NCBI GenBank assembly: GCA_903945435.1
Contig: CAJAVM010000021.1
Location: 1-57,586 of the forward strand
Direction: 5' to 3'
DNA from: an uncultured bacterium
GTDB taxonomy: Bacteria > Patescibacteriota > Patescibacteriia > Patescibacteriales > UBA12465
Length of the DNA: 57,586 bases
In this document: in pieces, positions 46,021 through 56,469 of the stretch
Numbering within the stretch: the stretch's first letter is position 1
Layout of the letters: the number at the start of each line of letters is the position of its first letter
Notes under the pieces: generated by a model
Databases searched by the model: none
What the model was told of the DNA's origin: nothing
What the model saw: only the letters and a program-made list of their open reading frames with translations
Made by a program: the position numbers and the translations under genes

Positions 46021-46702
46021 ATTAGAAAGATACGAAATGGCTGAAAATAAAGCTGTCGCAAACGGTAATATTTTTGAAGCTGAAATGGTTGGAACGGCGA
46101 ATGGTCGCTCATATAAAGAAAAAGCTTACGCCGCACTATATCCTGAAAAATGTAAAACAGATAATTTGGATAATGAAGAACTTTTTGAAAAAATGTTACA
46201 AATCAGAGAAGATGCTCAGACTGAATTTAGAGATACAATGAATTTTAATAAAAAAAGAATTTCTCTTGATAAGGCGATGGAGCTCGTAGAGAAATGCCAA
46301 ACAAGCGACCCAGAAAATCCTACCCGCCTATTTGCCAACAAGTTATATCAAGCAGTAAAAAATAGATTCGTTAGCGATAAATATATTTTAAAATTTTTCT
46401 CGGCTGCTGGAGGTACGCATCTTGATGTCTCCCATGGAATAGATTGTTACTTTAAACTATACGACAAGAATACTGGAAAAGAATTAACCAGAGCAACAAT
46501 TGATATAACTCAACATCCAAAAAACGATTGGACAAAATCCGATGTCTTACTATATGTCGCCAAAGAAGATTCTGATAAATTAGATAATAGCCGTGGTAAC
46601 AAAAATTTCGATGCTAAATTTCTACAAGAAATAGTTGAAAAAGAGGCGGAAAAAATAACCGATGCGATGATAGAAAATTTTCAAAAAAGAATTAATATAT
46701 AA
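46010..46702 (+). CDS. hypothetical protein
   Basis: 230 aa; LDVSHGID..IDIT is weakly reminiscent of a PD-(D/E)xK core. Confidence 0.7.
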   Translation: MINKLERYEMAENKAVANGNIFEAEMVGTANGRSYKEKAYAALYPEKCKTDNLDNEELFEKMLQIREDAQTEFRDTMNFNKKRISLDKAMELVEKCQTSDPENPTRLFANKLYQAVKNRFVSDKYILKFFSAAGGTHLDVSHGIDCYFKLYDKNTGKELTRATIDITQHPKNDWTKSDVLLYVAKEDSDKLDNSRGNKNFDAKFLQEIVEKEAEKITDAMIENFQKRINI

Positions 46703-46739
46703 TCATAGTTCATTAGTACAAACCAATAAATAACATACC

Positions 46740-47084
46740 GTGACTCAGAAAATTGATTTAATTGGCGCGACCAAAAAACCGCCAAAAATTAGCCAAGCTG
46801 AATTTGACAACCTAATAGAACAGGTAGTTTACAGGCCATTAACTTTTCCTAAAGCGGTTTCTTTATGCTTCTGCAGACAATGCGGATCACATGGAGAAAT
46901 TACTCAGGAATATGCTAAAGGACTTGCGAAAATACTATTTCTATTCGGCGAAGAAACAGCCGTGGATGTAGAAAATTCAAAAGAATTACGTATGCACTAT
47001 TTTGTAACTAACCGTTGCGAAATCTGTTTTTGTGAGGAAATTCCGCTTTCTGTGGAAATTCACAAAATCGATTTTAAAGCCTAA
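46740..47084 (+). CDS. hypothetical Cys-rich protein
   Basis: CRQC and CEIC pairs. Confidence 0.6.
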   Translation: MTQKIDLIGATKKPPKISQAEFDNLIEQVVYRPLTFPKAVSLCFCRQCGSHGEITQEYAKGLAKILFLFGEETAVDVENSKELRMHYFVTNRCEICFCEEIPLSVEIHKIDFKA

Positions 47085-47139
47085 GTTAAATATGTCTAAA
47101 CCGATATATAATCGGCAAAAAAAGGGTTAAACTTCGTGT

Positions 47140-47574
47140 TTAACCCCTTTTTATTTTTATTTTTCTAGATGATTCAGAAGTATTTTCTATATATATCCTA
47201 ATAATTTTTTTAGGTAAAATCGATTCTACTTTTTCAACCCACTCAATCGCCGTTACCGTATCTTTTGCTTTTAAAAATTCATTAACACCAAGAGCAATCA
47301 AGTCTTTTTCGGATGAAAGACGATAAGCATCAATATGACAAAATTCTTTTACTATAGATTTTGGTTTTGTTTTATATAATTTTAAAATATTAAAAGTCGG
47401 GCTATTAACTTGCATCTTTACTCCTAATCCCTGCGCTAAGCCCTGCAAAAAAGTTGTTTTCCCGGCTCCAAGATTTCCATACAAAGCAAAAATTTCTCCA
47501 CCTAAACAAGTTTGGCCAATTCTAAAACCTAAATCAGCAGTTTCTTTAAAATTGTTAGTGACCATCTTTTCCAT
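47140..47574 (-). CDS. tsaE: t6A biosynthesis ATPase
   Basis: GNLGAGKTT, SPTF, HIDAYRL, IEW. Confidence 0.95.
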   Translation of the reverse strand: MEKMVTNNFKETADLGFRIGQTCLGGEIFALYGNLGAGKTTFLQGLAQGLGVKMQVNSPTFNILKLYKTKPKSIVKEFCHIDAYRLSSEKDLIALGVNEFLKAKDTVTAIEWVEKVESILPKKIIRIYIENTSESSRKIKIKRG

Positions 47575-47624
47575 ATTTATATAAAAAATAAAAAACAGAC
47601 GTCGAGCGCCTGTCTTTTATAATG

Positions 47625-47698
47625 TGGGCGCACAAGGATTCGAACCCTGGACCCCTTCGGTGTAAACGAAGTGCTCTAACCAGCTGAGCTATGCGCCC
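47625..47698 (-). tRNA. tRNA-Val (TAC)
   Basis: gggcgca/tgcgccc, cttcg-tttacac-cgaag. Confidence 0.95.
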
Positions 47699-47733
47699 TC
47701 AAGCGGCTAAGCCGCAATCTTCAAGCGAACGGT

Positions 47734-47820
47734 TGGTGGGCGAAAGAGGATTTGAACCTCCACAGCCTTGCGGCCACAAGCCCCTCAAGCTTGCGTGTCT
47801 ACCAATTTCACCATCCGCCC
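47734..47820 (-). tRNA. tRNA-Leu (GAG)
   Basis: caagc-ttgaggg-gcttg, variable arm, encoded CCA. Confidence 0.95.
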
Positions 47821-47841
47821 ATAATCTTCCTAAACGGTCGA

Positions 47842-48168
47842 TTATTTAACTACCTTTTCTTTTAACTTCTTCTTATATCCGGAACGAAGATAATATAATT
47901 TTGCTCTTCTTACTTCCGCTTCTTTCTTAATTTCAATTTTAGTAATTGTAGGAAGGTTTAATGGAAAAATTTTTTCTACACCAATACCATCGGAAACTTT
48001 ACGCACAGTAATAGTCGCCCCAATTTCTTTATTGTGCTTACGAGCAATAATCATTCCTTCAAAATATTGAACTCTTTCTTTTTCGTCGCCTTTTGAATTA
48101 AGCTCTTTAATCTTTTGATAAACCCTGACGGTCATGCCCGGTTTTAATTCCATTTTAGTTTCAACCAT
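47842..48168 (-). CDS. rplS: 50S ribosomal protein L19
   Basis: PGMTVRV, FEG, TVRK..GIGVEKIFP, RRAKLYYLR. Confidence 0.96.
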   Translation of the reverse strand: MVETKMELKPGMTVRVYQKIKELNSKGDEKERVQYFEGMIIARKHNKEIGATITVRKVSDGIGVEKIFPLNLPTITKIEIKKEAEVRRAKLYYLRSGYKKKLKEKVVK

Positions 48169-48249
48169 ATAGTTGGTAAATATATAAACGAGACCTATTA
48201 AATCCCGTTATTTTACTTTTAATTTTATAAATCTTGTCTAATATTATAA

Positions 48250-48819
48250 TTAATTTTTGGATATGTCAAGATTTTTCTGAACAAAGTCGTAAACGGACTG
48301 AAAAACCTCATCTTGTGTCAAATTTGTAGTATCAAAATAAAAATCGTAATTACTTACATCATTTACATCTATACCGTAATACTTCTTATATCGCAACTTA
48401 TCGCTCACCAAACGCTTTCTGAGACTCTCCTTTACATCTTCTATGCTTTCAATGTTATTATCTTCATTTCTATCATTTTCTTGCTGTAAATGGCCAAAAA
48501 CTCGCCTATTTCCTTCTTCTTCAGTTACGTCAAAATACAATTTTAAGGAATGGGGGATTAAAAACCAAGACGTCCGACCTTCAATAATAAAATTATCTTC
48601 TGTTTCTCCTAGCTTTTTCTGATATTCATCGACTTCCTGGTCAGTTTGAGGGTCAGTTTCGCCTAATTTATTATACTCCGCTAAAGTCATTCCTCTTTTT
48701 CTAGCAGCCTCACGCCTTAATCCGCCGATATAATAACGTGGCCAACCGAGTTTTTCGGATAGTCTTTGAGCAATAGTACTTTTACCGGAACCATGGGCTC
48801 CACTAATTGAGATTATCAT
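48250..48819 (-). CDS. cmk: cytidylate kinase, archaeal-type
   Basis: ISGAHGSGKST, IIEGR, RYKKYYGID, YD..FDT. Confidence 0.85.
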   Translation of the reverse strand: MIISISGAHGSGKSTIAQRLSEKLGWPRYYIGGLRREAARKRGMTLAEYNKLGETDPQTDQEVDEYQKKLGETEDNFIIEGRTSWFLIPHSLKLYFDVTEEEGNRRVFGHLQQENDRNEDNNIESIEDVKESLRKRLVSDKLRYKKYYGIDVNDVSNYDFYFDTTNLTQDEVFQSVYDFVQKNLDISKN

Positions 48820-48954
48820 ATAAATTATATTAGCCGATTACCTTTCAAAAATCAATAAATTAACTTATAATAAAAATAGTTATAGGCCTTAGGCCATTTT
48901 TGATTTTAATAAATAAGCTTTTTCGTCTTTAAGACGATAAAATTCTCTTTTGAT

Positions 48955-51900
48955 ATGTATTTAGAAAAACTGGAAATTCAAGGATTTAAATCTTTTGCCA
49001 ATAAAAATAAATTAATCTTTTCCGGAATTCTCGCTGATAAACGCCGAGGACTGACAGCTATTGTTGGCCCTAATGGTTCGGGAAAATCAAATGTCGCCGA
49101 CGCAATCCGTTGGGCGTTAGGAGAACAAAGCTTAAAAACCTTAAGAGGTAAAAAAAGTGAAGATGTTATTTTTTCTGGCTCCGATCAAAAAAGCCAATTA
49201 GGTTTAGCCGAAGTCTCTCTTATTTTAAATAATGAGGAATCAGTAAAAAAGAATGCTGAAATGCCTAAAGCAATCGAAAAAGAAAGTGATCTTGATCAAA
49301 TAATTAATAGTTGCTCCGAAATTGTTGTTACTCGTCGTATTTTTAGAAATGGAGATGGCGAATATTTATTAAACGGCAATCGGGTTCGATTGTCTGATAT
49401 TCAAATGCTCCTTGCCAAAGCAAACTTCGGGCAAAAAACTTACAGTGTTATCGGACAAGGAATGGTTGAAAATTTTTTAAGCTCCACTGCGGCCGAAAGA
49501 AAAGATTTTTTTGATGAAGCAACTGGCGTGAAACAATTCCAAATTAAACGTGATTCTGCTTTAAATAAATTAGAAGCTAGCTATGAGAACCTTCAACAAG
49601 TAGACATGCTTCTTATTGAAATCAGACCGAGGCTTAAAAGCTTAACTAGACAAGTTGATAAGCTTAAGCGTCGCAGTGAAATAGAGGGCGAATTAAGTAC
49701 TGCTCAGTTTAATTACTATGGTTTTTTGTGGCAGGATATAAATAAAAAACTAGATGCTCTAAACTTACAATTTTTAGAATTAGATAAAATAAAAATTGAA
49801 CATGAACGAAAATTAGAAAAATTAAGTGCTGATTTAAATAAAATTAGAACAACTGATAATTTTCGCGAAATCAATGAACTCCAGCCAAGGCTTCGAGATT
49901 TAGAAAGTCAGAAAAACCAATATCAAAAGAAGTTGTCCAAATTGCAAGCGGAAATGGAGGTCCAGCTTGAATCCCAAGGTCAATTTGATGTCTCTTGGTT
50001 AAATAATAAAGCCGGGGAACTAAGTGCTGAATTAGAAAATATAACTTTAGAAATTAATTCGCTAGAAAAGAGTCGTCCAAAATTAGAAGAAGATGCTCTT
50101 AGCTTAGAATTATCGGAAACCAACAAAGAAATCACTACCTCTGAAGAAATAAGAAGAAACATCAGCCGCCTAGAAAATGAACAATTTAATTTTAATAGAC
50201 AGATTAATAAATTAGAAGCTGTTTTAGAGGCTAATCTAGAAGCTCAAGGACAATTTGATGTTTCCTGGTTGAGCGGAAAACAAGAAGAATTATTAATTGA
50301 GTTTAAAAAAATAACCGAGGAATTAGAGACTCTTCGTCAAGAAAATAATCGTACAGAAAGCGATGAAATGAGGAGTAAGCTTAATAAAATCCAACAAGAC
50401 TTAAGTGCTTTAAATAGTGAACTATCTGTTATTAATAATAAAATAAAAACAGCCGCTAAATCAGGAACTAAAGATGAAGAAATTAGTAAGATTATTGATG
50501 AGTTCTTACAAAAATTAGATAGTATTAATACGAAGGCAGATTTAGAAGAAATAAAAAAACTAATTGCTGAGGCTAAAAAAGATTTTCAAACTAAAATTAA
50601 AGCAACCCTTACCGGAGAAAGCGATGAGGACTCTAAACGTATTCAGGAAATTCAGCAAACAATTATTAACCTTACTGATAAACGTCAAACGGTTAATAAT
50701 CAGCTTAACGAGGAATTATTACGACTTTCAACTATCAACGAAAGGTTGCGTATGACTGAAGAGAAAAAAATTCAGGCGCAAAGAGAACTAGAAGATATAA
50801 AATCAAAACTAGAAAAAGCTCAGGTTAAGTTTGATTCTGGAAAAATAGAAGATGAAAAAAATATTATTTTCAAAAAATTATCAGAAATAGAAAAGGAAAT
50901 AGAAAAATTAAAAACATCTTACAGGGGAAATGTGCTCCAAGAAAAGAAACAACAAATATTAGAAAAGGTACAAGCTTGTCGCCTTAAAGATTCTTCTATT
51001 AATGAAAGAATGCGATTGCTACGTGATAAAAAAGATCAAACTGAACAAGAAATTTTTGATATCAAAGGAAAGATTGCTAAAAGCGCGGTTAAATTTGATG
51101 CTTCGGCTATTGAAACGGAAAAAAATGAACTCAATAAACTAATTGAGGATGTTAACCAAGAAATGAATGTTATTACGATAAAACTAGAAGCCCTAAATCA
51201 AGCTAAAGAAAAAGAAAAAGGCCAAATGTTTGAATGTCAAAAAAATATTCAATCATTACAACAAGAAATAAACTCCATCTCTTCTAAGCTAAGTGATTTA
51301 AAAGTCAGTTCTACTAGACAAGAAACTAAGCTGGAAGATTTAGAAAATAATATTCGTAATGATGAATTAAATATTAGCGATATCAAAACACACAAAATTG
51401 ATGGGGAGTCCGCTGATTTAGAACGTTGGCAAAAAATTCTTAACAATAGTAAAACTCAGTTAGAGCAGATTGGCGGCATTGATCCAGAAACTGAAAAAGA
51501 ATATGAGGATACTAAAACTCGTTATGATTTCTTGAGTAATCAAACTGATGATTTAAACCAAGCGGTGAAATCTTTAGAACAGGTCATTTACGAACTAGAC
51601 ATGAATATTAAGGGAAGATTTGATCAAGAATTTAAGATTATTTCTGAAAAGTTTAATGATTATTTTAAAATTTTATTTAATGGTGGCTCTGCTAAAATTT
51701 CAAAAATATTAATTGAAGATTTAGAAAAAGAAGACGCTAAAAATAATGCTGCTAAAACTGAAAGCATGAACCAAGGCCTTACTGTAGCAGAAATAGAGAT
51801 GAAACAAGCTGCAGAAGAAAAAATGAAGAAAATTAAATTTCTCAAAAAATATAATGCTGTTGGTTTAGCTGGCATAGAGATTCAGGCCACCCCTCCAGGT

Positions 51901-52218
51901 AAAAAAATTCAGGCAGTTACTATGCTTTCTGGGGGAGAAAGAGCTTTAACGGCGATTGCGTTAATCTGTGCTATTATTAGCGCTAATCCATCACCTTTCG
52001 TTGTTCTTGATGAAGTCGATGCGGCTTTAGACGAATCAAATTCCGAGCGCTTAGCTAGAATTCTTGATGACTTATCAGATAAAACTCAATTTATTGTAAT
52101 TACTCATAACCGCGCCTCTATGCGCCGAGCCAGTATTCTATACGGTGTTACTATGCAATCTGATGGTGTAAGCAAGCTGCTCAGCGTTAAACTCGACGAA
52201 GTCCAACAAGATAATTAA
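48955..52218 (+). CDS. smc: SMC chromosome segregation ATPase (no recognisable hinge)
   Basis: GFKSF, GPNGSGKSN, IGQG Q-loop, LSGGE, LDEVDAALD, ITH. Confidence 0.92.
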   Translation: MYLEKLEIQGFKSFANKNKLIFSGILADKRRGLTAIVGPNGSGKSNVADAIRWALGEQSLKTLRGKKSEDVIFSGSDQKSQLGLAEVSLILNNEESVKKNAEMPKAIEKESDLDQIINSCSEIVVTRRIFRNGDGEYLLNGNRVRLSDIQMLLAKANFGQKTYSVIGQGMVENFLSSTAAERKDFFDEATGVKQFQIKRDSALNKLEASYENLQQVDMLLIEIRPRLKSLTRQVDKLKRRSEIEGELSTAQFNYYGFLWQDINKKLDALNLQFLELDKIKIEHERKLEKLSADLNKIRTTDNFREINELQPRLRDLESQKNQYQKKLSKLQAEMEVQLESQGQFDVSWLNNKAGELSAELENITLEINSLEKSRPKLEEDALSLELSETNKEITTSEEIRRNISRLENEQFNFNRQINKLEAVLEANLEAQGQFDVSWLSGKQEELLIEFKKITEELETLRQENNRTESDEMRSKLNKIQQDLSALNSELSVINNKIKTAAKSGTKDEEISKIIDEFLQKLDSINTKADLEEIKKLIAEAKKDFQTKIKATLTGESDEDSKRIQEIQQTIINLTDKRQTVNNQLNEELLRLSTINERLRMTEEKKIQAQRELEDIKSKLEKAQVKFDSGKIEDEKNIIFKKLSEIEKEIEKLKTSYRGNVLQEKKQQILEKVQACRLKDSSINERMRLLRDKKDQTEQEIFDIKGKIAKSAVKFDASAIETEKNELNKLIEDVNQEMNVITIKLEALNQAKEKEKGQMFECQKNIQSLQQEINSISSKLSDLKVSSTRQETKLEDLENNIRNDELNISDIKTHKIDGESADLERWQKILNNSKTQLEQIGGIDPETEKEYEDTKTRYDFLSNQTDDLNQAVKSLEQVIYELDMNIKGRFDQEFKIISEKFNDYFKILFNGGSAKISKILIEDLEKEDAKNNAAKTESMNQGLTVAEIEMKQAAEEKMKKIKFLKKYNAVGLAGIEIQATPPGKKIQAVTMLSGGERALTAIALICAIISANPSPFVVLDEVDAALDESNSERLARILDDLSDKTQFIVITHNRASMRRASILYGVTMQSDGVSKLLSVKLDEVQQDN

Positions 52219-52310
52219 TAATTTAGAAAAAATTTAACCCCTATTTATCAGCCATAAATTATAATAAAACCGTCCTCATTGGACGGTTTTTATTTTTAAT
52301 TTTTACACCG

Positions 52311-53834
52311 ATGGCTATAAAAATATTATCCGCTGCTATCACTGGTATAGACGCTAATATAATAGAGGTCGAAGCAACTTCTGGCGGCGGTGACTTTGGA
52401 CAAATCACAATTGTCGGTCTCCCAGATACCGCCGTCTCTGAAGCAAAAGAGAGAGTGCGGAGCGCTCTTTTCCATGGCGGATTAGAGTTTCCTAAAAGAA
52501 AAATAACGGTCAATCTTGCTCCAGCAGATTTGAAGAAGAGTGGCCCAATTTACGATTTACCGATTGCTATCAGCATCCTCTCTTTAAAATATAAAATTAA
52601 TTTTGATTTTAATACTTGTTTAATAGTAGGAGAACTATCATTAACTGGAGATGTCAGAAAGATAAAAGGAATAATCCCCATCGCCATTAAAGCCAAAGAG
52701 TACAATTTAAAATATTTATTCATCCCAACAACTAATGCTCAGGAAGCCAGCTTAATAAAAGATATAACTATTTTTCCTATAGAAAATCTTCGCCAATTAA
52801 TTAATCATTTGAATGGAAAAAAATTAATATTGCCTTTTATTCCGCAAAAATTATTACTCAAACACTCTCCCAATATAGACTACGCTGATGTTAGAGGCCA
52901 GGCTAAAGCCAAAAGAGCTTTAGAAATTGCAATTGCTGGTGGGCATAACATATTATTAAGCGGCCCTCCGGGAAGTGGAAAAACTATGCTCGCTAAAGCA
53001 ACCAGGAGCATTTTACCTCCTTTATCAGATATGGAAAAACTAGAAATATCAAAAATATACAGTGCTGCTAGCAATATGCAAAATCATAATCTTGATTTAT
53101 TATTTGCTATCCAACAACGACCTTTTAGAGCTCCTCATCATAGTGCCTCAGCAGCAGCCTTAATTGGAGGCGGTAAAACATTCCGGCCCGGAGAAATCTC
53201 GCTTGCTCACCTAGGTATTTTATTCTTAGATGAATTTCCAGAGTTTTCACGTTATGCCCTTGAAAGCTTACGCCAACCACTAGAAGAGGGAAATATTACT
53301 ATCAGCCGTGCAATGGGCAACTTGTATTTACCAGCTAGATTTATTCTTATCGCTGCTATGAATCCTTGTCCGTGTGGCTTTAAAGGAATACAAGGAAAAA
53401 CTTGTACTTGTAGCTTAGAAAAAATTAATAATTATCGGCGTAAAATATCTGGTCCAATTCTTGATAGAATAGATTTACATGTCGAGGTTACTAGTCTCAA
53501 TATTCAAGAATTAGAAATAAATATTGAACAAGAAAAATCGAGCTTAATTGCTGCTCGAATACTACAAGCTAGAAAAATACAGACTAATCGTCTACACCGC
53601 CTTTCCCCTGCACTCAATTCATCATTATCATCAGGGCAAATCAAACAAATGTGTTATTTAGATAGCGAAGGGGAACAATTTATCACTGAAGCGGCTAATA
53701 ACTTAGATTTTTCAAACCGCTCTTATTTTAAAATTTTAAAGGTGGCCCGGACTATTGCTGATCTAGAAGGAAAAATAAGAGTGCAAAAAAAACATCTAGC
53801 CGAGGCTTTACAATATCGGCCCAAATTAGAGTAG
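52311..53834 (+). CDS. comM: YifB/ComM Mg-chelatase-like AAA+ ATPase
   Basis: VNLAPADLKK, GPPGSGKTM, PFRAPHH, GEISLAH.G.LFLDE, NPCPCG. Confidence 0.93.
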   Translation: MAIKILSAAITGIDANIIEVEATSGGGDFGQITIVGLPDTAVSEAKERVRSALFHGGLEFPKRKITVNLAPADLKKSGPIYDLPIAISILSLKYKINFDFNTCLIVGELSLTGDVRKIKGIIPIAIKAKEYNLKYLFIPTTNAQEASLIKDITIFPIENLRQLINHLNGKKLILPFIPQKLLLKHSPNIDYADVRGQAKAKRALEIAIAGGHNILLSGPPGSGKTMLAKATRSILPPLSDMEKLEISKIYSAASNMQNHNLDLLFAIQQRPFRAPHHSASAAALIGGGKTFRPGEISLAHLGILFLDEFPEFSRYALESLRQPLEEGNITISRAMGNLYLPARFILIAAMNPCPCGFKGIQGKTCTCSLEKINNYRRKISGPILDRIDLHVEVTSLNIQELEINIEQEKSSLIAARILQARKIQTNRLHRLSPALNSSLSSGQIKQMCYLDSEGEQFITEAANNLDFSNRSYFKILKVARTIADLEGKIRVQKKHLAEALQYRPKLE

Positions 53835-53905
53835 AGTAAAAACTCCAAAAATTGGAATAATCACTCAGTATGCGTTATAATAAGAACAGATAAATAAACA
53901 AAAAT

Positions 53906-55285
53906 ATGTTCAAAAAAATAACCGCTCTATTTTTATTGGCTATCGTTTTTCTTACATCTGGTTTTGGTTGTAAAGTACAAGATCAGACAACGGCTGCCGC
54001 TCTTAAGCCAATAACTATAACCTATTGGCGCGTATTTGATGGTCCAGACGCCTTTGACGAAATTATCAGAAATTATAAGGCTCTACACCCTTTTGTTAAT
54101 ATTGTGTATCGCAAGCTACGTTACGAAGAATACGAAACAGAACTTTTAAATGCTTTAGCAGAAGATAGAGGCCCGGATATTTTCTCGGTCCATAATACTT
54201 GGGTCATGAAGTACCAATCAAAAATCGCGCCAATGCCTGAAAGCACGACTATTGCCTACATGGTTACTAAGGGAACAATTAAAAAGGAAGTAGTTCCAGA
54301 AGTAAGAACGACTCGGAGTTTAAGTCTTAAGGAAATAAAAGATAATTTTGTTGATGTAGTCGGAAAAGACGTTGTCCTGGACGACGGTAAAGTTTACGGG
54401 CTCCCTTTATCGGTTGATACCCTAGCTATGTTTTACAACAAAGACTTATTGAATAATGCAGGGATTAGTGAAACTCCAAAATATTGGAATCGTGATTTTT
54501 TACAAGCAGTTAAAAAATTAACCAAGCAAGACCCAAAAAGAGGCTTAATCCAATCTGGAATTGCCATGGGCGGTAGCTCCAATATTGAAAGGTACAGTGA
54601 TATTTTAGCTGTCCTAATGATGCAAAATGGGGCGACTATGATTGATGAAAATCGTCGTGTCTCGTTTCAAATGGTCCCAGAATTTGCCAAAGAAACTAAC
54701 TACAACCCCGGACTTGAAGCTCTAAGATTTTATACAGATTTTGCTAACCCAACAAAAGAGTCCTATACCTGGAATGGCGAACTCAATAATTCCTTAGAAA
54801 TGTTTATTGGCGGTAATTTAGCAATTATGTTCGGCTACTCATATCATATCCCTCTTATCAAAGCGGGCGCTCCAAAATTAAATTTTTCAGTTGCTAAATT
54901 CCCCCAAATTGAAGGAACTCCTCCAACAAATATTAACTTCGCTAATTACTGGATTGAAACTGTTTCTAAAAAAAGTATATACACAAATGAGGCTTGGGAC
55001 TTTTTACAGTTTATGACTAAAGAAGAGCAAGCTAAAATATATTTAGAAAAAACCAAAAAACCGACCGCTCTTAGATCGTTAGTCGCTAATCAAAAATTAG
55101 ATGATGAGATTGGCGTTTTTGCTGATCAAGTTTTAACAGCTAAAAGTTGGTACAGAGGAAAAAATGTAATGGCCGCTGAAGATGCCGTTAAAGAAATGCT
55201 AGATGCCGCCCTAATTAGCACTAGTGAAAAATTACAAAAAATAATTAATACTGCCGCTGCTAAAATTCAACAAACTATTAACTAG
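53906..55285 (+). CDS. extracellular solute-binding lipoprotein (sugar-ABC type)
   Basis: Signal ending GFGC; GPDIF, LPLSVDTLAMFYNKD, AWDFLQF. Confidence 0.85.
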   Translation: MFKKITALFLLAIVFLTSGFGCKVQDQTTAAALKPITITYWRVFDGPDAFDEIIRNYKALHPFVNIVYRKLRYEEYETELLNALAEDRGPDIFSVHNTWVMKYQSKIAPMPESTTIAYMVTKGTIKKEVVPEVRTTRSLSLKEIKDNFVDVVGKDVVLDDGKVYGLPLSVDTLAMFYNKDLLNNAGISETPKYWNRDFLQAVKKLTKQDPKRGLIQSGIAMGGSSNIERYSDILAVLMMQNGATMIDENRRVSFQMVPEFAKETNYNPGLEALRFYTDFANPTKESYTWNGELNNSLEMFIGGNLAIMFGYSYHIPLIKAGAPKLNFSVAKFPQIEGTPPTNINFANYWIETVSKKSIYTNEAWDFLQFMTKEEQAKIYLEKTKKPTALRSLVANQKLDDEIGVFADQVLTAKSWYRGKNVMAAEDAVKEMLDAALISTSEKLQKIINTAAAKIQQTIN

Positions 55286-55294
55286 GTACTACAT

Positions 55295-55750
55295 ATGTTT
55301 AAAAAGATTTTTTTTGCCACAATTTTATCCGGAATTTTATTTATTAATTTAACGGCGGTCGGCGCTCAGAATAGTTCTTCTACGGGAATTGTCCCGGTTG
55401 CCACAGGAGAACAATCACCTTTATGCAGAGCACCAGAGGGTTCGGGTCTAGATGATAAAACTTACTGCGGAGATTACGCAGTAGAAGATTTTACCGCGCT
55501 AGCAATTTTAATTTCCAAATGGATACTCGGTATAGTTGGTTCACTTTCATTGTTTATGTTCGTCTACGGCGGTATTATGTTTTTGATCTCAGCCGGCTCT
55601 AGTGATAAGATAGGTCAGGCAAGAAAAATATTAGTCGCCGCAGTTATTGGCTTAATTATTGTATTCTCCAGCTGGCTAATTATTAAATTCGTAACTGAAA
55701 ATCTAGGAGCAAAAGAGAAATATCAATTTAACGGAACAATAGTAGACTAA
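55295..55750 (+). CDS. CPR-type pilin-like protein (TrbC/VirB2-like)
   Basis: Signal peptide, Cys pair, GIVGSLSLFMFVYGG...SAG...A+K.L..AVIGLII. Confidence 0.75.
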   Translation: MFKKIFFATILSGILFINLTAVGAQNSSSTGIVPVATGEQSPLCRAPEGSGLDDKTYCGDYAVEDFTALAILISKWILGIVGSLSLFMFVYGGIMFLISAGSSDKIGQARKILVAAVIGLIIVFSSWLIIKFVTENLGAKEKYQFNGTIVD

Positions 55751-55796
55751 GCTAAAGCTTTAATTAACTTTTTGCACGATTTAAATCTATAACCCC

Positions 55797-56456
55797 ATGG
55801 TTGTTTTTACACCAAAACGAATAATTTCCGAAAATAGTTTAGGAGAAGAATTAAGACGCATTAGAAATTTTCGAAATTTAAAAATTGATGATATTGCTCA
55901 TAAATTAAATATTCGAAAAGAATATTTACTAGCTATCGAAGAGGAAAATTTAGATTCTTTACCAGCCGGATTATATGGTAAAAATTTTTTAAAGCGATAT
56001 ACTGCTTTTCTAGGAGTAGACCAAAAGTTAATTAATAAATTCTTACAAGAAACTACTAAGGAGCAGCTGCAAGAAAATCCGTTCTCTCAAAAAATATTAA
56101 AAAAAAGTAAATTTTTAATCTTTCCTAAAATAATTAGAAACTTAGCTATTGGGTTCGCTGTTCTGATTTGTTTCTTATACCTACTGATTTATTTTAAAAA
56201 AATTATTTTACCACCAGATTTAACTATCGAACAACCTGATCGTAATTTGATCATGAAGGAGTCCATCATTTTAGTAACAGGAACAACTGAAAAAGAGGCT
56301 GAAGTGAAAATCAATGGTGAGCTTGTTTTAAATAATAATAATGGATATTTTTCCCAACTAATAAATCTAAAAAAAGGAGTTAATAGTTTAGAAATAAGTG
56401 CAAAAAAGAAATATAGTCGAAATAATATAATAATCAGACAAATACTAGTAGAATAA
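55797..56456 (+). CDS. RodZ-like HTH membrane protein with Ig-like C-terminal domain
   Basis: LGEELRRIR, YLLAIEE, LP...YGKNFLKRY, TM segment, LKKGVN. Confidence 0.85.
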   Translation: MVVFTPKRIISENSLGEELRRIRNFRNLKIDDIAHKLNIRKEYLLAIEEENLDSLPAGLYGKNFLKRYTAFLGVDQKLINKFLQETTKEQLQENPFSQKILKKSKFLIFPKIIRNLAIGFAVLICFLYLLIYFKKIILPPDLTIEQPDRNLIMKESIILVTGTTEKEAEVKINGELVLNNNNGYFSQLINLKKGVNSLEISAKKKYSRNNIIIRQILVE

Positions 56457-56469
56457 TAAATAAAAGCAT

